Shown here: in pieces, positions 25,069-27,974 of the stretch | Layout: every line of letters starts with the position of its first letter | Position numbering within the stretch: position 1 is the first letter of the stretch | From: Nitrospinaceae bacterium | Lineage (GTDB): Bacteria > Nitrospinota > Nitrospinia > Nitrospinales > VA-1 | Direction: 5' to 3' | Length of the DNA stretch: 27,974 bases | Assembly (NCBI GenBank): GCA_046754465.1 | Contig: JBHHVU010000042.1 | Coordinates: forward strand, 1-27,974 | The notes under the pieces: generated by a model | The model's database searches: none | Seen by the model: only the letters and a program-made list of their open reading frames with translations | What the model was told of the DNA's origin: nothing | Translations under genes and position numbers: made by a program

Positions 25069-25561
25069 AAGAGATGTCCGATCCTTCCGGATTCGCTGGT
25101 TTCAGGTGGATCACTCCGCCGCTCGAGCTCCCCTGGGGGTAAAAGCGGATGACAAAGATTCCGTCGCGAACGGTTTGTTGATCACTGGTAATGTGAACCA
25201 TCCGGACCGCCGGGTCCAGGATTTTAGTTTTGGTGGATTGTTCCGCCCCAGGGTTGGTCAACCAGTACCGGCCCTGGGAGGCATCCCCGTTAAAGGTGAA
25301 AAGAGTTTTGAGGGTGATCGCTTCGCTTCGGGCAAACCTCAGGGCGGAGGCAACCTCACGAACATCCGATTGAAGCTGGATCCGCTCCAGCGTGGAAAAA
25401 ATAAACGGGGTGGTCAGGCCCGCGATGATGCCGATAAGAAACAAGACCAGGATGAGTTCGAGCAGGGTGAAACCGCCCTGCGTGGACCTGCCTCTCCGGG
25501 GTTCATTTAAAATTTTCCCAACTGACGATATCTTTATTATTTTCCTCTCCCCCCTCGGCAT
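25010..25561 (-). CDS. gspH: T2SS minor pseudopilin GspH/FimT-like
   Basis: G|FTLLE, LRFARSEAI, IRFYPQGSSSGG and IDPITG. Start uncertain (25561 or 25573), overlapping the gspG 3' end. Confidence 0.85.
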   Translation of the reverse strand: MPRGERKIIKISSVGKILNEPRRGRSTQGGFTLLELILVLFLIGIIAGLTTPFIFSTLERIQLQSDVREVASALRFARSEAITLKTLFTFNGDASQGRYWLTNPGAEQSTKTKILDPAVRMVHITSDQQTVRDGIFVIRFYPQGSSSGGVIHLKPANPEGSDISYAITIDPITGSSQIHQETR

Positions 25562-25922
25562 TATCCGCGCCATACGATATTAAATCGTAATCCCCATGCA
25601 AGCCAGGCGACTGGTAAACATAGGGGTTTCCCCATGGGTCCTTCGGCACCCCTTTTTTCAAATAGGGACGGATCGCTTCCAATCCCTCGTCGGTGGTGGG
25701 GTATTTCCTGTGTTCCAACCGGTAAAGGTCGAGCGCCTGGCCCAGAAGTTCGATCTGCGCCTGCGCGTCTTGTTGAAGAGCTTTATCGACATGCCCGAAA
25801 AACTTGGGTACCACAAGGGCGGCCAAAAGACCGATGATGACCATGACCACCATCAGTTCGATCAACGTGAACCCGTCCATTTTGCCTGGGTTCTGGTTTT
25901 CTCGGGGGAGGCTTTTATTCAT
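25503..25922 (-). CDS. gspG: T2SS major pseudopilin GspG
   Basis: G|FTLIELMVV, ALDLYRL, YPTTDEGLEA, PKDPWGNPYVY.SPG and SYGAD. Confidence 0.95.
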   Translation of the reverse strand: MNKSLPRENQNPGKMDGFTLIELMVVMVIIGLLAALVVPKFFGHVDKALQQDAQAQIELLGQALDLYRLEHRKYPTTDEGLEAIRPYLKKGVPKDPWGNPYVYQSPGLHGDYDLISYGADNAEGGEENNKDIVSWENFK

Positions 25923-25949
25923 AAGTATCTCTTAAGAAGGAGGAAACAG

Positions 25950-27176
25950 TTAGAACGAAATTTCATTGACGCTGAATATGGCCAGCAACATGGAAATGAC
26001 GATGAACCCAATGACCATCGCCATGAACAGAATCATGAACGGTTCGATCAGGGAGATGATCTGTTTGATGGAAAGTTCCACTTCCCTGTCATAAGTTTCG
26101 GAAACCCTGGCCAGCATTTCATCCAGGGCGCCCGACGTTTCACCCACGGTGATCATGTGTATCGCCAGAGGGGGAAATACCCCGCTTTGCCGGAGCGGAC
26201 CGGAAAATCCTTGCCCGCCTTTTAACCCTTTCTGGATAGGACCCATGGCGGATACGATGACCCGGTTGCTCAATATGGATTGCACGATATCCAATGCCTG
26301 CAACAGGGGCACCCCGCTCTTGATCAAGGTCGACGTGGTCAGGCTGAACCGGGATACCTCGATCTTACGCACCAGCGGCCCGAACAGGGGTAGATGGAGA
26401 ATCAGCTTGTCCCACTGGTACCTCCCGTTTTCGTTTTTCAAGTATAAAACGAATCCCACGGCCGCCGTCACCAGTAAAATCAAAATCAGCCCCCAGTAAT
26501 CCCGGATCACGGAACTGATGGCGAGCATGATCTGGGTGGGCAGGGGAAGGGCTTGGCCCATCTCTTCGAACAATTTGGAGAATTGGGGGATCACCACGGT
26601 GATCAGCACGACCACGGCGGAGCCGCCTACCAGGGTTAAAATAGCGGGATACACCATGGCGGAACGAACGTTATTCTTGAGTTCCTCGGATTTCTCCATG
26701 AAAGAAGCCATTCGGGTGAGAGAGGTCGTCAGGGTCCCACCCGCTTCGCCCGCGCGGATCATGTTGATATACAGTTTGGAAAAAACCTGAGGGTGTTCAC
26801 TCAGTGCTTCCGCGAAGGAACTGCCCGCGTGCACCCGCTTTTGAACGGCCGACAACACTTCACGGGTTTTATCCTTCTCCGCCAATTGGGCCAGGCTGGA
26901 CAAGCTGCTATCGAGCGTGAGTCCGGAATCGATCAGGGTCGCCAGTTGCTGGGTGATGTTCAGCAGTTCTTTCGTGGAAACCCGGTTGAAGACTTCCCGG
27001 CCCGGTAATTTCCAGTCCCCGAAAATTCCCCTTCCAGAGTTTTCCTCGGAAACCTGGATGGGGAAATAATTCAAACGCTGGATCAACTGGACCGCGACCC
27101 GGTGATCCGGGGCTTCGATATCCCCCTCCACGAATTTTCCATTTTTGTCGGTAGCTTTATAAAAGTAAACCGTCAT
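25950..27176 (-). CDS. gspF: T2SS inner-membrane platform protein GspF/PilC
   Basis: QLATLIDSG, AGEAGG.L, AMVYP, LPLPT, VGETSG.LD and LIEP. Confidence 0.94.
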   Translation of the reverse strand: MTVYFYKATDKNGKFVEGDIEAPDHRVAVQLIQRLNYFPIQVSEENSGRGIFGDWKLPGREVFNRVSTKELLNITQQLATLIDSGLTLDSSLSSLAQLAEKDKTREVLSAVQKRVHAGSSFAEALSEHPQVFSKLYINMIRAGEAGGTLTTSLTRMASFMEKSEELKNNVRSAMVYPAILTLVGGSAVVVLITVVIPQFSKLFEEMGQALPLPTQIMLAISSVIRDYWGLILILLVTAAVGFVLYLKNENGRYQWDKLILHLPLFGPLVRKIEVSRFSLTTSTLIKSGVPLLQALDIVQSILSNRVIVSAMGPIQKGLKGGQGFSGPLRQSGVFPPLAIHMITVGETSGALDEMLARVSETYDREVELSIKQIISLIEPFMILFMAMVIGFIVISMLLAIFSVNEISF

Positions 27177-27196
27177 ATCAGGCTCGCCGCTTCCGA

Positions 27197-27974
27197 TTAA
27201 TTTTTGTCATTCAGGGTCACCCGAAGGATTTCTTCCACGGTCGTTATCCCACGGATCACTTTTCTCCAGCCATCTTCCCGGAGGGTCCTCATCGCGGATT
27301 TTCTCGCGGCCTCGCGAATAATCTGGGCGGTGGCTTTCGAGAGAATGAGCTGCCGGATCGATTCATCCACCACGAGGAGTTCATAAATCCCGCACCTTCC
27401 GCGGAACCCGGTATGGGCGCAGTGCTTGCATCCTTTTCCCTGGAACGCCTGCATCCCTTCCTTGGCCCAAGGTCCCATCTCTTCGCGCAGAGCCCGGTTG
27501 ATGGTGACCGGCTCCTTGCATTGGTCGCAGATCACCCGCACCAGCCGTTGGGCCAGGACCCCCAACAGCGCGGAAGAAATCAGGAAATTTTCAATTCCCA
27601 TGTCCAGAAGCCGGGTGATGGCGCCTGCGGCGTCGTTGGTATGGACCGTGCTGAAAACGAGATGGCCCGTGAGCGCCGCCTGAATGGAAATTTCCGCCGT
27701 CTCGGCATCACGGATTTCCCCCACCATGATGACGTCGGGGTCCTGACGCACGATCGACCGGAGGCCGCTCGCGAAGGTGAGGCCGATCTGGGATTTGACA
27801 TGAATCTGATTGATCCCCCGCAACTGGTATTCCACCGGGTCTTCAATGGTGATGATTTTCTTGTCGGTCGTATTGATCTTATCCAGGGCCGCATACAGGG
27901 TGGTGGTTTTCCCGCTGCCCGTGGGTCCGGTGACCAGCAATTTCCCATAAGGTTTGTGGATCAGGGACTCCAGT
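27197..27974 (-). CDS. gspE: T2SS ATPase GspE (partial; 5' end lies beyond the window)
   Basis: Walker [42 protein letters not shown] and tetracysteine CDQC...CKHC. Confidence 0.94.
   Translation of the reverse strand, partial: LESLIHKPYGKLLVTGPTGSGKTTTLYAALDKINTTDKKIITIEDPVEYQLRGINQIHVKSQIGLTFASGLRSIVRQDPDVIMVGEIRDAETAEISIQAALTGHLVFSTVHTNDAAGAITRLLDMGIENFLISSALLGVLAQRLVRVICDQCKEPVTINRALREEMGPWAKEGMQAFQGKGCKHCAHTGFRGRCGIYELLVVDESIRQLILSKATAQIIREAARKSAMRTLREDGWRKVIRGITTVEEILRVTLNDKN

Overview
GC-rich bacterial chromosomal window from a diderm organism. The gene content resembles Nitrospinota or deltaproteobacteria-like lineages, which is my inference and is not verified. From left to right it holds: an N-terminally truncated SAM-methyltransferase remnant, an AMMECR1-domain protein, a long-chain polyprenyl diphosphate synthase, a GT2 glycosyltransferase with a HEAT-repeat protein, ManC, a ZIP transporter with a heterodimeric ABC exporter, a cNMP-binding protein, RlpA, a minus-strand sulfur-transfer cluster (cysK, thrC-like, MoaD/ThiS-like sulfur carrier, moeB, a divergent CysM-like enzyme, a thioredoxin-like [2Fe-2S] ferredoxin), and a type II secretion operon (gspE partial, F, G, H, I, J, K, L, M, D). 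The most unusual non-coding signals are two. First, a ~98-bp dispersed intergenic element in four co-oriented copies, bounded by 6-bp triloop hairpins that show compensatory base changes. Second, a ~105-nt structured element upstream of manC that can fold either as a three-way junction or as an intrinsic terminator. Protein-level oddities include a secretin with an N-terminal SH3b-like domain, a sulfur carrier whose Gly-Gly is masked by a TNP tail, and a cysteine-synthase paralog with altered conserved motifs. I saw no tRNA, rRNA, CRISPR array or transposase.
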